Positions 63,914 through 64,000 of a stretch of DNA of 64,000 bases are shown here, piece by piece. Origin of the DNA: Octopus sinensis (lineage: Eukaryota); NCBI RefSeq assembly GCF_006345805.1, contig NC_042999.1:173724001-173788000 (forward strand), in the 5' to 3' direction. The position numbers and the translations under genes were made by a program. Each line of letters begins with the position of its first letter. The stretch's first letter is position 1. The notes beneath the pieces were generated by a model. It was not told the DNA's origin and ran no database searches. It saw only the letters and a list, made by a program, of their open reading frames with translations.

Positions 63914-64000
63914 CTCTCTTCCTCCCCTTCTTTCGTTTTCCTCGTTCTTTAAACAATGGTTCTGAAATTCTATTAGATCTTGTTTTATAACAATACCGTT

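Noticed and set aside
63732-63956. CpG-rich unique segment with a short minus-strand ORF (MTGSMKNKCTGKFF...)
   Set aside because: The ORF starts within (GA)n-derived sequence and has no recognisable homology or splice support.

Overview
AT-rich, microsatellite-dense eukaryotic DNA. The SINE families and repeat landscape suggest a cephalopod, probably Octopus (inference). No host protein-coding gene could be supported; most listed ORFs are translations of (TA)n, (CA)n, (GATA)n or (ATAC)n tracts. The window is a patchwork of decayed mobile elements: Tc1, maT and mariner transposons, a Buster/Charlie-type hAT, CR1-like, RLE-type (R4/Dong-like) and L1/Tx1 LINE fragments, Penelope-like pieces with minimal hammerhead ribozymes, and tRNA-derived SINEs. 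The standout is 19132-24734. A full-length but pseudogenised Tx1/L1-clade LINE (19695-24455; ORF1 zinc knuckle, ORF2 APE-RT-zf) is inserted with an exact 17-bp target-site duplication (ATCGCGACCTGGTGGTT). The target is a 357-bp non-coding repeat present as a back-to-back inverted pair. Each arm carries a type I hammerhead-like ribozyme with a compensatory U3-A8 core, and a TATA box 29 bp upstream of the first base of the duplicated target. The LINE therefore sits between a candidate promoter and a regenerated candidate ribozyme of a retrozyme-like element. Other items of note are a non-coding element with terminal direct repeats in (TA)n, several LINE families that each sit in one microsatellite type, and several near-perfect fold-back duplications. 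All calls come from reading the sequence by eye; no searches or folding calculations were run.
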